A stretch of 62,454 nt of DNA, counting the filler, from Hausera hauseri (taxonomy: Eukaryota): NCBI GenBank assembly GCA_046269625.1. It is 10 parts of 10 records of this genome, joined end to end, with 100 filler letters (N's around TTAATTAATTAA, not from the genome) between each part and the next. Parts side by side here need not be neighbours in the genome. Positions count along the whole stretch, not along the records: positions 17,782 to 29,510 come from JBJURY010074437.1; positions 29,611 to 33,603 come from JBJURY010833859.1; positions 33,704 to 39,655 come from JBJURY010164087.1; 7 more parts are not named here. One strand, 5' to 3'. Position numbers and translations under genes: made by a program. This document shows positions 20,701 to 33,750 of the stretch, piece by piece. The notes under the pieces were generated by a model. That model worked only from the letters and a program-made list of their open reading frames with translations. It was not told the origin of the DNA and made no database searches. Every line of letters starts with the position of its first letter. Position 1 is the first letter of the stretch.

Positions 20701-23364
20701 TAAGCCTGATAGGACTGTGTCGATATGCTTTTGGAAGGTCTGGGAAGCGCTACGGATTCCAAAAGGCATAAAGAGGTATTTGAAAAGGCCGAAAGGTGTA
20801 ATGACAGCGGTTTTCGGAATGTCTGATGGTGCCACCGGAATTTGGTGGTGTTTTTTGTAGATCAATGCAGGAAAAGACGGTTGCACCATGAAGCCTGTGA
20901 AGAATATCGTTGATTAATGGTAGAGTGTATGCATCCATTGTTGATATGGTGTTGAGTTTACGGTAATCACCGCATGGGCGAAAGGTGCCATCTTTTTTGG
21001 AACCACATGCAGTGGTGATGACCAGGCGGATTTGGATCTTCTGATTATGCCTGATTTTTCAAAGTCGAGAAACTCAGCCTTCACTGCCTGTCTGCGTCGA
21101 GGCGATAGCGGGCGGACCTTTTGCCGGATTGATTGTTGATGTGCATTTACGATGTGATGAAAGGTGGATTGAGATGGTACGAATGATTTGTCCTTTGCAA
21201 CAGACGCGTGCAGGAGGACGAAATATATTGCTGTAAATCAGAAGGCAACGATGACAAATTATCCAATGGTGTCGATGTATCGTGACTGGATGCAGTTGAG
21301 GTATGAGTTGTAGACAAGGTGTTGCGACTAGGTGGTATTTGGTGCAGGATGTTCGTGTTGAAGATGGTGTTGGCAGCTGTGCTATTAGTAATGGGTGCCA
21401 CGCAGTTGGCAATATCGCATTTGTCACCGTAATAAAAATTTATATATAATAAATGATTATAAAAATAATTCAAATCGGTAGTCGTTTTCTTTAGTATTGA
21501 CTTGCTGGACGCGATGGCCGGGGTGATCGTCGAAATGCTGCTTATTTGATTAAGATCATTTCCGCTCTTTAAGGAACATTGTTTGCAATCTACAAGTAAA
21601 TTGTAGTGGGGCAGAAAGTCTGAACCCAATATAGGTGTGTGTAACTTAGCTATTGTAAATTTCCATGTGAATGAGCTTGTAAAGTGTGGGAGGGTGAATG
21701 TTAATGTGGTAGCTCCAAAGATTTGTAAAGGTTCAACGGACGCAGTGAACAGTTGCTTTTGTAAAGTGTAATTTTGTTAAATGTGTTGTGTTTGTGGCAG
21801 TAGAGCGATTGCTGTGCCGGTGTCTATAAGAAAGTTTTTTTTCTTTGTTGAAGCGATGACTGCTGCTTCTAACGTGAATACAGCAAAAGAAATGTGTCGG
21901 CTATGTTTTTGCAGGTTGCTGCCTTTGCTAGGACTTGCCGCGTGTCCTAGAGGCGAAATTAGTTTTTTGTAGTTGGTGAGTTTGTCCTACTGTTTTGTGT
22001 AAGCTTATTGGTGTTCATCTTATTGTGTGTGTGCTGTAGGTACAGCCAAGTAGGCATTTGTGTGCTTTTGTGCCAAATTTTGAGTGGTAGATGCAAACGA
22101 TGTCGCTTGTATTGAAATTAGGGGAATGAAATTTACAACTGATGCAGCATTTCTGAGCATTGTTGCCAAATTTGCTATGATAATAGCAAATTAATGACCG
22201 CGCAGGCAAAGACGACAGTCTTTGACGTTGAATAAATGCATTAGGGGGAGCAGCCCTAGAAAAACCCCGTCGAGGTATTGTTAATGCGTTTAGTTTGTCG
22301 TTAATGTTGTTGATTGTTTTTTGAAATGTGCAATTTTCTGTGCGTAATTGCGTAATTTGTTGCATCAGCATTGCATTTTGTTTTTGTTGACCTGTTGTCA
22401 ATGGTGCAGAGATAATTGGTTTTGCATGTGACTGCAGTACTTCGTATGCCTTGTCTGCCAGTTTGGCTAGCTTGTCAAGAGCCGTGAAGTCCTCAACCAC
22501 AGTTAGCAAAGCTCGTATTTAAAGGGGCAATGCATTTAAGAAATAGCGACGAAAAAGCTGAGGACTGTGTTCAGAGGTTACGCCAAGGGTGTTGAGGTGA
22601 GACAAAGATGTGCGTAGGAATTCTGAAGGTTTCTGAAAACCAATGGCGTTGTCGTTAAAGAACCTTTGAATGATTAAATCGATTGAAGGCTTAGTAAGCT
22701 TGAGAACGGCATTATAGAGTTGGGTATTTGGGTCAGTATGCTGAAGAATATCGATTATACTGGTGATTTTAGTTTTGATGGAAGAGGCTGTTGGCTTTGG
22801 CTAAAGAGTCGACGACGTTTTGCAATTGGAGCCTAAATTGGTGCAGTTTTAGCCAATTTTGAGTAAAGTTTTGGCTATCAAGAAAATATTCGGTGCAGGA
22901 TAAATGAGTGTGGAGGGTATTTTGTGTAGGGATGTTGGAAGCGCTGTGTTTGGGTAAGTCAATGATGGGGATCTGTTGTTTAATGAGTTTGTCCGTGGTG
23001 TGAATTGTGGGTGACGAATCCATGCCACCACGGATACAGAAATGAATATGAATACAAATGTGGGTTGAGGAAGATTGTAGAGTTCCAGCGAGGGGTACTA
23101 GAGATCCGTTGTGTGCAAGGTAGAAATAAGAGAAATAGAGTAAGATAGAGATGATGTTATGAATGGTTGCAGTGTGTAAATGTAATGCTATGTATGTGTG
23201 TGTGTTTATTATTTAGAAAAAGAAAGATGGATAGGGGAGAGTAGTGTGCCCGGGGGCGTGTTGCGGGGCTGAAGCGAAAAGCTCAGTTTGATTCAATGGC
23301 GCAGGGTGGGCGGCCGGGACCTCAGCCTCGCAGCGACGGGTCCAAAATTGCGGGATAACCGATC
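17782..23364 (-). mobile_element. CsRn1-like Gypsy, copy B (full internal region, degenerate)
   Basis: IHFCIRGG-MDS before gag; two CHCC fingers; FLIDTG; PFGIRSASQTFQ, YIDDI; YSTFDRELFA; HIDLVGPLP; long S/P/T-rich IN tail; PPT GGGGGGTGA-TGT at the contig end. Confidence 0.92.
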
Positions 23365-23399
23365 TCTTACCTGTCTTACTATAGAGTACGTTCAAAACA

Positions 23400-23515
23400 G
23401 AAAAAAAAATGTTTCAGGATCAGGTCTGGAGCTAAAACTTTAGATAGATTGTGCATACTATGGAGACAAATCATCCTGTGGAGGCAATTGTCACTTCGTG
23501 ACATAGCAACTAAAA
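23400..23515 (-). pseudogene. HEAT-repeat fragment resembling the PP2A scaffold A subunit
   Basis: LVAMSRSDNCLHRMICLHSMHNLSKVLAPDLILKHF versus PPP2R1A [36 protein letters not shown]; short match. Confidence 0.5.
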
Positions 23516-23956
23516 TTCATAAGATATTAGCGGAATGTATGACAGGATTGTAATTAGGATCACTTACATGAGGCGATTTCTCGGGGTTCCGCTGTCCATG
23601 CCCGACTGTCGGATGGTTGATTTTTCAGAGGTGACAAGTCCAATCAACGGAAACATCAAAAGCTCGCCAGTTGTTTGGAATGGTCGAATCTGCTTTATGC
23701 TAATCCATTATTTAACTCGAGAACTGACCTTCATGAGACAAATTTGAACCATCTGTTTAGAAGATTGAGTGTTTGTTGATGATAATAAAATTTTGGAGAA
23801 CATTTAAAATATCATCCTCTAAAATTGGTGTTGGATAGCTTTGAATTATAATAAGTAGATTAGCATTTTATGTGCTATCACTTTCAATATGGATTGTTTT
23901 TTGTACTGGTTTCATAAAATCCGCCTTGAAAATTTCCATTCCATTCATCAATTTAT

Positions 23957-25560
23957 TTAAAATATTCGTTTCTTCATCAAATTATTATACAAAATAGAAG
24001 GGTCATTTTTCAGTGATTCAATTTGTTTCAATTTCATTATTTCTTCCATGACACCTAACAAATGAGACATTGATAATTTGGTATCATTGGGTTGTACGTC
24101 GGATAGATTTGATGTTGCGTTTTGGGTTTCGCTGTTGTTTACTGGTCGGTTACATTGAGAAACAGATTGACCGGAAATTTCTACAACAGCTTCCGTTGGT
24201 GTCTGTGATAGTGCACTATTTTTGTTTATTTTGCTAACATTTCTACTCTCACATTCATACATAAATTCATCATAATCGGAAACAATTAGTTCGTACACAT
24301 CCTCTGTGAATGTGTTGTTTGGTTGATCAGCTATAAACTCGTTTGGTATGTTTTCTTTATCGCTCACAGTTATTTCGTATTCATCATCAGTGCACGTATT
24401 TGTCGGTTGATTAACGATACGTTCGTTTGGAGTGTTTTGTTTGTCGTCGTCATCCAGGATAAACGGACTTGTTTCCGAAGTCATTGGTGACAACTGGGAA
24501 GTTCTAATTGCATTGTTCTCTTTGTCTTTTAGAACAATGCCCTTTGATTTATTGGACAAATTTTGTGAAATTTCGTTGTTGGTAATGTTTCTCAGTTTAT
24601 CATTATCAGTACATCTATTTGAGATGTTCATTCCATCTGCTGTTGTTGAATTACTCAATTCGTTGGCCATATTTTCTCCATATTTATTATGTGGTTCAAA
24701 AGAAAATTGAAGTGAAAAATATTTAAACATTTCCATAAGGTTAGGACGACTTCTATCTAACTTGCTGATAAATCGGTCAAAATCGATTTTTGTATACTCT
24801 TATTCATCTGTTTCTGAACATCTTTTACGTCAGCTGAAATAGCTTTAACGATATTCGAATATTTGAAACAACTCAGTTGATTAATGACTGTGTTACAACG
24901 AGGGCATCTTTTCTGAACGATTTCATCGTCACCTAGCACCAACTCCATGTAATGATCCATTGAAGTAACTTCAAAACTGTGATCACACGTCCATGACGTA
25001 TTAGACCTGGTGTTTTCTTCTTCCGTACCAGAAAATGTCTTTTATTTCCGGGTCGCATTTCAAGCAAATTAACCGGCAAGGTTCCCCGCAAAGTACGTAA
25101 CATTTAAATCGTTTATTATACCGACCACGATTGACCATTTTATTGTAGGAATCGTCAAAATATCCTCTATCGCACAATTCATAACATATTTTCGTACACT
25201 TAAGATGCTTACATTTCCAACGACATTTTTCCTGACATGGAACACATTCATCACCACAAACTTTGGGACGCCTGTTATAAAAGCATCAATAGTCGCATTT
25301 TTCCCAACGCGGTGGGCAATGTTGAGAGCATTTTGCTTTGCATACGTGTCCACAGATAAGTTGAGCTTCACAATTATTTCCACGAGTTTTATGAATTTAA
25401 GTGTTAAAGCACTCTCCACGTGTTCCAGAACATTCGTGTTCAAAGTCTAGTATGGCTTTTCATAGGCGTTTGCAAGTAATCTTTCGCAAATGACAGTAAT
25501 AGCCATCCACGTGACTGCATTTATTGCACCGCTTTTTGAATTTTTCCATACAGTCACCGA
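23957..25560 (-). pseudogene. ZNFX1-like C-terminal region (NF-X1-type zinc fingers) followed by a low-complexity tail
   Basis: LICGHVCKAKCSQHCPP..CGDECVPCQEKCRWKCKHLKCTKICYELCDR..CGEPC..CLKCDPE..CDHSFEVTSMDHYM..QKRCPRC. Confidence 0.75.
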
Positions 25561-26366
25561 ACTTCACTTTTCAAAGTTGATTGACATGATGTTGACCCAA
25601 ATGACCGAATCTGATATTTTTGTGGATTTTCAACATACCGCCCTGTGGATCCAATTGGTCCATGAACAATTTGAGTAAAGTCAATTTACGGGCACCATTT
25701 TCATCGATGATACACGCACGAATCTGGGAACTAACCTGGATTTCCAAATTCTTTATAACAGTCCGTTTGTCGTCGTGTCCGAAACAGACATTATCGGCCT
25801 GAATAGTGACCGTTTGCAAATTGCCACATTCCGGAAAATCAAATACGACTTTCTTCTCATGTTCTGGCATTTCTATGACCGGTAATCGTTCGAATAGTTT
25901 AATTTTACTTTGTACGAGACTGGCTGTTGTTGTATGATTCTGATTGTACACCATACACCGGAGAATTTAAACCTGTAGAACATTTAGCAGCTACAGAAAA
26001 AGTCAAATTTATCACCCAATTTCGTTGGTGCACGGAAATAGCCTTCGGTACATTCCAATGCACCAACAATGCATTTTTGAAATTTAGTAGCTTCCAATCT
26101 CTGCAATACATTGTGAGTAATGATATTTTCGTTCGCTTCGTCGTTCGCAAAAATTTTCAAAGTCAAAAGTTCATACTTTGCAAATCAAATTTATTTTACA
26201 ACATTTAAAAAGCTTTTTTGCGTTACACTGAGCTATCGCGCATTTTAAACAATCAACGTCATTTCATTAACTATAACATTTTACGTCATTTCATTAAATA
26301 TAACATTCGGGTCTTGTCTATGAAACCCCCCTCCCGCAACTGCTCCACGTCACAGTCCTCTTGTTA

Positions 26367-26700
26367 CTATAAATAATTACTCCACAAATCACAGATATCA
26401 TTGACGTAAAGAAACATGTTTTTTAAACTACCGCATAGCAAACAAAATTTGGTTATTAATTCATTTCGGTCAGCAGTCATTAGCTTCTGCGATTTTTGCA
26501 ACAATAAAGGGCTGTTAACATCAGAGAAAGAATCAATATAGAGAATATTACGACGATTGATATGGGAGCATTTTTGACATGAGATCACTTATTTGTGTGT
26601 AAAACGATTGTTGTGAGACATTCGAGTGCAGAACATATGCCCGATATACAGTTACACAATGAATATCCGTCAAGTAAAAACGAATCGTTAGGCTGATGAA
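26367..26700 (-). pseudogene. Possible RAD51-paralogue (RAD51D-like) remnant
   Basis: LLDG... and RNILYIDS..SPLLLQ resemble RAD51D LLDGG and NVLYVDS..ASRLLQ; Walker A not preserved. Confidence 0.25.
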
Positions 26701-26949
26701 AATAACAGTAATAAAAAACAAAACAATATTGAGTGTTATTCTGAATCCGTTGGAATTTAAAATCATTAAAATCGAAAGGAACAACTATGGAAGAATTAAA
26801 CAATATAAACGTTTTGCTAATTTGCATGAAATAACACCGTGTCCCAACAAATCGAAGAATATATATGGCAGTAAAATGGGATCCAGGAACTTGGTATTAT
26901 ACGATCTGAGTTTTGTCGAACAAAGATTTTTGAAATCCGTTTGAAAAGT

Positions 26950-27000
26950 AAGGTGTCATTTTAACATGTCATTTAAAGGTGTCATTTTTAGGTGTCATAT
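26950..27000. repeat. Short tandem GGTGTCATTT-type repeats (4 units)
   Basis: aggtgtcattttaacatgtcatttaaaggtgtcatttttaggtgtcat. Confidence 0.7.
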
Positions 27001-27010
27001 TCCCTAAGCA

Positions 27011-29510
27011 CTACATCACCCCTGTGGCAAAACGAAAACTATGAAGAGAAGAAAATAAATGGAGATTATAGGAGGCAAAAGGACGAGCTTATACCTCTTC
27101 GGTTTCGGTACGTGTTAGACGTTGGACTCCATCTATGAACTTCTTCCTACTGTAAGTGCTAAACGTCACATGACGTGATCTGTTAGATGTTGCTAGTGCC
27201 TGTGGGGTTGTCCGAGGGAAAGAAGCTGTGGATTTTGTGATATTTTGGGAGGATGTTTCATGAAAAGATGAAAATGGAGAAGAAATTGAAGAGTGAAGTG
27301 GGGCAAGCGAAAGAGGCGAAACTGGAGGTGGAAGCAAATCGTGCGATGATGGTGAAGTGAGTGGTGGGTGTGCAGGCGATGACGGCAAATTGAGTGGTGA
27401 ATGAACAGTGAACGATGACGGAAGTGAAAAGGATTGATTGTGACTCGATTGCTGCGACGGCTCAAAATTATCGAGGAAATTAGATAATGGCTCGCGGGAA
27501 GAGAAATTAGAGTCAGGATTTGAAACAAAGCTGTTATCCTTGTCATCATCATTAACGAAGAATGCTGGCTTGAGATTAGAGATATGTACATTTTGAGGTT
27601 TGTCTTTGCGTAAAATAGTAGCGGTGTGCGAACAAAGATTTAGTACTTTTTAAGGGCCAACGTATTGAGGCCGAAAACCAGACGGTGAAGGATCCTTCAG
27701 CCATACAAATTTGGCTGAGTATATGTCCTCTGAAATAAGATTTGTCTTTATTTATAAGACGGAAAAAGGCGTTTGAGTTTACCTCTTTAAAGTAGGACTG
27801 TGCTGCACGAATAACTTCATCTGATGGACTTTCATCCAGATTGGAGAGCTCAAATAGTGCACGAACTGGTGTCCCAAAGAGAGCTTCAGCCGGGGCACAA
27901 CCGGTGGTAGTGGATGGCGTGTTGTGCCAACCAAGTAGGACAAGAGGAAGAATCGAGGTCCAATTACGATTGTTCTTTGCCAGGATTTTTAAAGAAATCC
28001 TCATGGTGCGGTGAAATCTCTCAAGAAGACCATTTGCTTGGAGATGGTACGGCGTCGTATGGAAGTGGGCTATCCCCAAGTGCTTTACTAGAGATTTAAA
28101 AAGATTAGCTTCAAATTGTGGACCCTGGTCCGTTATAATGTAACGTGGTGAACCAAAACGACTGACCCATATCTTAATAAACGCATCTTCTATTGACTCA
28201 GTGTTGATTGATCAAAGCGGAACAGCTTTAGGCCAGCGGGAAGCATGATCCATAATGGATAAGATATATTAATAGCCGTTGTCGGATGGCAAAGGACCGA
28301 CAAGATCCAAATGTACAATGTCAAAACGGGAGGTGCAAGGGAAGTGGTAAAGTGGTGGTTTGAGGTATTTGTGGACCTTATATTGCTGGCATGCTGCACA
28401 TTCTTTGACCCAGATCTGTACATCTGTATGCATAGTTGACCATACAACGTGGCGTTGCAACAGGCAAAATGTGACTTTTGAACCCGGACGATGAAGAGAG
28501 TAAAAGTGATTGAAAGCTGTCTTTTGTAGCAATGGAGCAAGAATGATCTTCTTGTTGGTCGAGTTGGAAGTGTTATAAGCGATGCCATCGATGATTTCAA
28601 CAGATTTGAAAGCTTGGAGAATATCAGATGATGGCTGATTGCTTCTCAGGACTTCAGAGGAAAAAAGTAGCTGAACTGTAATTGAGTTAACCGACCGCGA
28701 AAGAAAATCCGCTACTAGATTTTCAGTGCCTGAAATATATTTCATGGAAAAAGTAAATGTCGACAGGTATGATATCTGTCGTTCTTGTCTGGGTGATGGC
28801 TGTTTCAAAGTCATTATATGAAGTAGCGGCTTGTGGTCGGTTTGAACGGTGAATCGACGAAAAAGAAGCAAGTGCTTGAAATGCTTTACCGCTACAACTA
28901 CAGCCAAGAGTTCACGGTCGAATGTGGAGTATCGGCTTTCCGATTGCGTGAGCTTTCGAGAATAGAACTCTAATGGTTCATCGATGCCATTGTATATTTA
29001 GTGTAATATTGCACCAGTTGCTGTGGTAGAGGCATCTGTAGTTAATATTAGTTTGGCGTTTGGTTTTAGAAAGACCAAGGTTTCCACAGTTTTCAGACCT
29101 TCACGAAGGCGATCAAATTGGTTTACTAGATCGGGAGTCCAATGGATTTATTGTCTTTTCTTCCCAGCTGAGAGGTGTGCAAACGGTGCCGTTAGTTCGG
29201 AGCAGTGTGGGACGTATTTGTGTACGAAATGAAATGTCCCTAGAAAACTCCTCTTATCGGTAGTTGTAGTTGGAAACATTACATTTTTTAATTGTTGTAA
29301 GCGATCAGGCTGGGGTGAATGCCCTTCAGGAGTAATTATGTTGCCTAGGAAGTTTACGTGTTTCTGGAAGAGATTGCATTTGTCGAAATTAATTTGCAGG
29401 TTACTGTGATGCAATCTGTGGAAAATAATTCTCAGATGCTCATGATGTTGTTTTATGGAGCTGGAAGCGACTAATATGTCATCTATGTATGGGTGAGCAA
29501 AATCAAGTCC
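27011..29510 (-). mobile_element. CsRn1-like Gypsy, copy C (3' half: RT end, RNase H, IN, tail, PPT)
   Basis: YIDDILVAS, TTDAS, TDHKPL, HLDLVGPLP, TDQGPQF, GLLERFHR; AGGGGTGA-TGT 3' boundary like copy B. Confidence 0.92.
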
Positions 29511-30580
29511 NNNNNNNNNNNNNNNNNNNNNNNNNNNNNNNNNNNNNNNNNNNNTTAATTAATTAANNNNNNNNNNNNNNNNNNNNNNNNNNNNNNNNNN
29601 NNNNNNNNNNGGGATTGGCTGAGCACTCATGGTCTTATGACAAAAATATTCATATAAATAACTTTTAAAACAAGTATTACTTTATATTCAGAAATATAAT
29701 TTGTTAGCTAACATTTTGATTTGTGATGCATGGCTCAATGCTCATCAGAACAGATATGACAAAAGTGACTGGTAAGAACTTGTCTTGTTACTAATGAACC
29801 AAAACAAGCTAAAATAAGATAATATAAAAGAAACCGAACTTGATAATGCTGGTGTAGAGTTTCTTAAATATAATAAATAACAATTATCAACAGCCTGTTT
29901 CAATAAGCTTATTCTTATTTATTATGTAATGTATTTCTGTGATAATTTGACGATTAGAGTAATAGTACTTCCATGAGATCATTCTGTTGTCTGTGTGTAA
30001 AATTTGCACTCATTGAATTTTGCAATGTTGTTTATTATAAACAGCGACAAGTTATAAAATGCCAATGCAAAGAAAAAATCTGCCAATTAGTCGCGCAGAA
30101 CATATACTAAAATTGTCCAACGAAATTAACAATAATCGTGTAGAAGCCTATGAAAATATGGAAATTCAGGTAATTGTCAGACGAAGCGGACGAAAACCAA
30201 CAGATAGCAAAAGATTGTTTGGCTCTGTAGACGTCAATAAAGGATAACAAGGCTCAACCACCGTGATGGATACAAAGCAGAGGTTTCTAGATTCTGACTT
30301 GTGTGATTTAGCACTTTTTATGTTCATTGAAAATGTTATGAGAATTAATTGCTTTGAACTTGCGTTATGTGACAGACTATATGAGTAATGTGACATTAGG
30401 CCATGCGATATTCCAGTCATATGCACCATAAGGCATGACACTGATGTGTAATTTCTTAAGATAAATCAAAATTTCATTAAACGTGCATGTTAAAAGGAGT
30501 TCTTGACAGGTTCAAAGTGTGCACTTGTAGACTAGAAGACCTACCTTTTACCATTAAGTACCAAGCTAGAAATGTCAGCA

Positions 30581-32960
30581 TTAACCCTGTTCATGCTTGA
30601 TCCTACAAAAACGTTTAGTATATTCGATTTATTTTTGCTGACATTTTTGCCGCCTGAAATAAGAACAAGCACACCAACTGGATCGCCTACTGACAAATCA
30701 ACTTTTCAAAACTCGTCATCACACAATTTATCACCAATTACCCAGAACGATTCAAAACAGATACTTGTAAGCACATCTGTGCTCGAAACGAACATTCCTC
30801 CTGCTGACCTATCCAGTTTATCAATAAACACATGAAGTACGCAGTCTATTTTCTGTCGATCATCTCGAGCCACCAACTGGTCAATAATAAATAATTTCAT
30901 TCAGCAACAAACCGCGGCAGATAATGTCTACCATCCCAAAGCATTTCAGCAACTACATACTGTTGATAACGCTCAACTTACTGAATACGCGTAGCCTGGA
31001 GATGGTCAGCAACTGCCATCAACGAATGACTCCTTGAACCGCAAGACAGCAAATAAAATGTCAAGTGGATGTAAAACTACTATAGTTAAAATGGGATACA
31101 TGCTGCTGCGTACAACAAGTCATTAAATGAAACCGAGCCAGTAGCACTTCACCAAGATGAGCCACAGCCTCCGCACCTGGTAGTGACAGTCAGCAATCTA
31201 AAAACTCAGACTCACAAGCCAGAGCCGCTGCGTCAGAAAAAGCAGTTTATAATTGTAAAGCTGCTAAAGCCACTACTATTAAACATCGACTCTATTCACA
31301 CGAGTTGCTGCTAAGAAGCCAGCATTCCATCTTCAGACAGTGAAGATGACAATCTATCATCTGAGAACGAGGAAGATGAAGTTAGAGAGCTAGTGAATAG
31401 GAATGAAAAGCTTCGGGCTTCTCGACCACAATCTCACATATCAAGCATAGCAGCATCCCCTGAAAACAAGCAGAAGGTTCAACGTTACACTTAGCATTAC
31501 AAAAAACTCAGTAGTCGTGTGGCAGGTGTTTCGTACATTCCACCACAGATTGATTCTAGTTAACACGATCCTGTGATTGATGAAGCAAAACCACCATTCA
31601 GTTATTGCAATTATTCTTTACTGATCAATTTTTCGAGATAATTGCCTGCCAATCATCTGCATTCAATACAAGTTAAACCAGAAAGACCAGCACACATTAG
31701 TATAAGATGTCGAGCGCTGCGCTGTAATATGCGTGTTTATGTCACTAGTGAGAATGACAAAAACCCGGCTTTACTAGTCGCCTGAGTTCAGAATGTCACA
31801 GATTGCTGAATACCTGATCTTAAATAGATTTGAGGAAATCAAGAGATTCTTGCATTTTAATGACAACCTAGCAAGTTCAGGTTGACGTGACAAGCTGTAA
31901 AAAATCCGACCGGTGGTTGATCAGCTGAGAAAATCATTCAGCAAGATCAAGGCTGAAGAAAGTTTGAGTGTTTATGAACAGATTATACCACTGAAAGGCT
32001 GAAGTTGTCTTTGTCATTACAACTCCAGGAAACCACACGTGTGGTTGTAACATATGGGTCTTGTGTGGTGTGGGTGGGCATGATTGTGAAGCTAGTGGCA
32101 AAGTTGTCATCAGATTAACACGAAAACTATCACCAGACATAAATCATAAACTGTTTTATAATAAGTATTTCACAAGTGTATCTTGCAAAGAAAAAATCTA
32201 GTCGATTGGAACTGTGAGACAAAATCGTTTGCCTCAACGTACATTGAAACCCGACTCAGTTCTTAAAATGCTTAGTCGTTGTGCAGTGCATGGGAAAGTT
32301 GTCATTATGGATGGTGTTGAAATGGCAGCTATCACGTGGTTTGATAACAGGGCAGTCAATCTAATTTCAACATTCACTGGATTTGAACCACTGACTGATG
32401 TTACATGGTGGAACTCAAAGACTAAAAGTCGCGAAAAGGTGACCTACCCAAATATAGTCGCTATGTTTAACGAGCACATAGGCGAAGTTTATCTAATGGA
32501 CTCATTGATTGGTTTGTATAGAATCAAAAGTCGATCGAAGAAGTGGTGGTATCATAGTCTATTATTTCATTTTATTGACATGGCTGTCGTCAATTCCTGG
32601 CTTCTGTATCGTTGATATGCAAACACAGCTAATGAGAGAAATGTTTCTCCATTGCGAAGTTCAATTCACATGTAGCAGAAATGCTATGTAGAGCAGAAAA
32701 TCAGTCACGACGTGATCGACCTCGTGGTGACAGTGATGTTGCACATGGCAGCACTGCGTCGCAGTCATCAAAGAAAACTACTGTGACTGGTAACACTTTC
32801 GAAGGGCTTTGCTATGATGGAGCAGGTCATCAGCCAAAAATGACTGATCGAAGAGGCAGATGCAGGCTGGACAGTTGCCACGGACAATCTCGTATAATTT
32901 GTCTGAATTTCAATGTTCACTTGTATTTTGAAAGATGATTACTTTATTATTTATCATGCT
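30581..32960 (+). mobile_element. Degenerate piggyBac (PGBD-type) transposon
   Basis: NRFEEIKRFLHFNDN, KIRPVVDQLR, SVYEQIIPLKG, GTVRQNRL, WFDNRAVNLIST, FIDMAVVNSWLLYR, Cys-rich end RGRCRLDSC..RIICLNFNVHL; candidate left end TTAA-CCCT at 30581; right end not found. Confidence 0.85.
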
Positions 32961-33750
32961 ATGTCGAAATAATGCAAACAGCTAACATTGTTATATTTTG
33001 AGACTGAAAGTACAATGGTTGTATTAAAGCTCTATTATTATTGAAATAATAGCAAACTTTTTACTCTTGCGTGCAATGCTTATTGTGAGGTACTTCTTGT
33101 GATCAGATGCTCTTTTGTTGTTGTATGTAGTTAAAGTGTATCGATGGTATTGTTAAAGATGGCATTATTTAGTACAGTATATTTCTAATGTTACATTGAT
33201 GATTGCATTTACAGCTGTTGATTGCATTATTGTTATTGATCCATGCAGAGTTTTAAGCTTCGATTAACGTTTGGTTAGCAAAAAGATACCAGTAACATTT
33301 TAGTAGACTTGCACTATTGTGTCATATTTACAACACGTGACAGAAATCACTTTCTGAAAAGATGTTGCATTCTATATTATTTTAACTTTTCTGTGACATT
33401 TATAAAGATGTCGTTTGTGGTGCATTATTAATCGTATTTTATGAAATGTTGGTGGGTGACAATTCCATGACTACCGTCTGCAAAAATTCACTTGCAACAC
33501 AGTTTTTATGCTGGGTTTGGCAAACATGTCAGTTATTAAGCATTGCTTTACAATATTCTGCATTTCCGATATAGTTATTTTATTGTGAAATAATTATTAA
33601 GTTNNNNNNNNNNNNNNNNNNNNNNNNNNNNNNNNNNNNNNNNNNNNTTAATTAATTAANNNNNNNNNNNNNNNNNNNNNNNNNNNNNNNNNNNNNNNNN
33701 NNNGCTCCAGTTTTATCTCGGTCCACGCGGTCCAAGATGATGGTTGTGCA

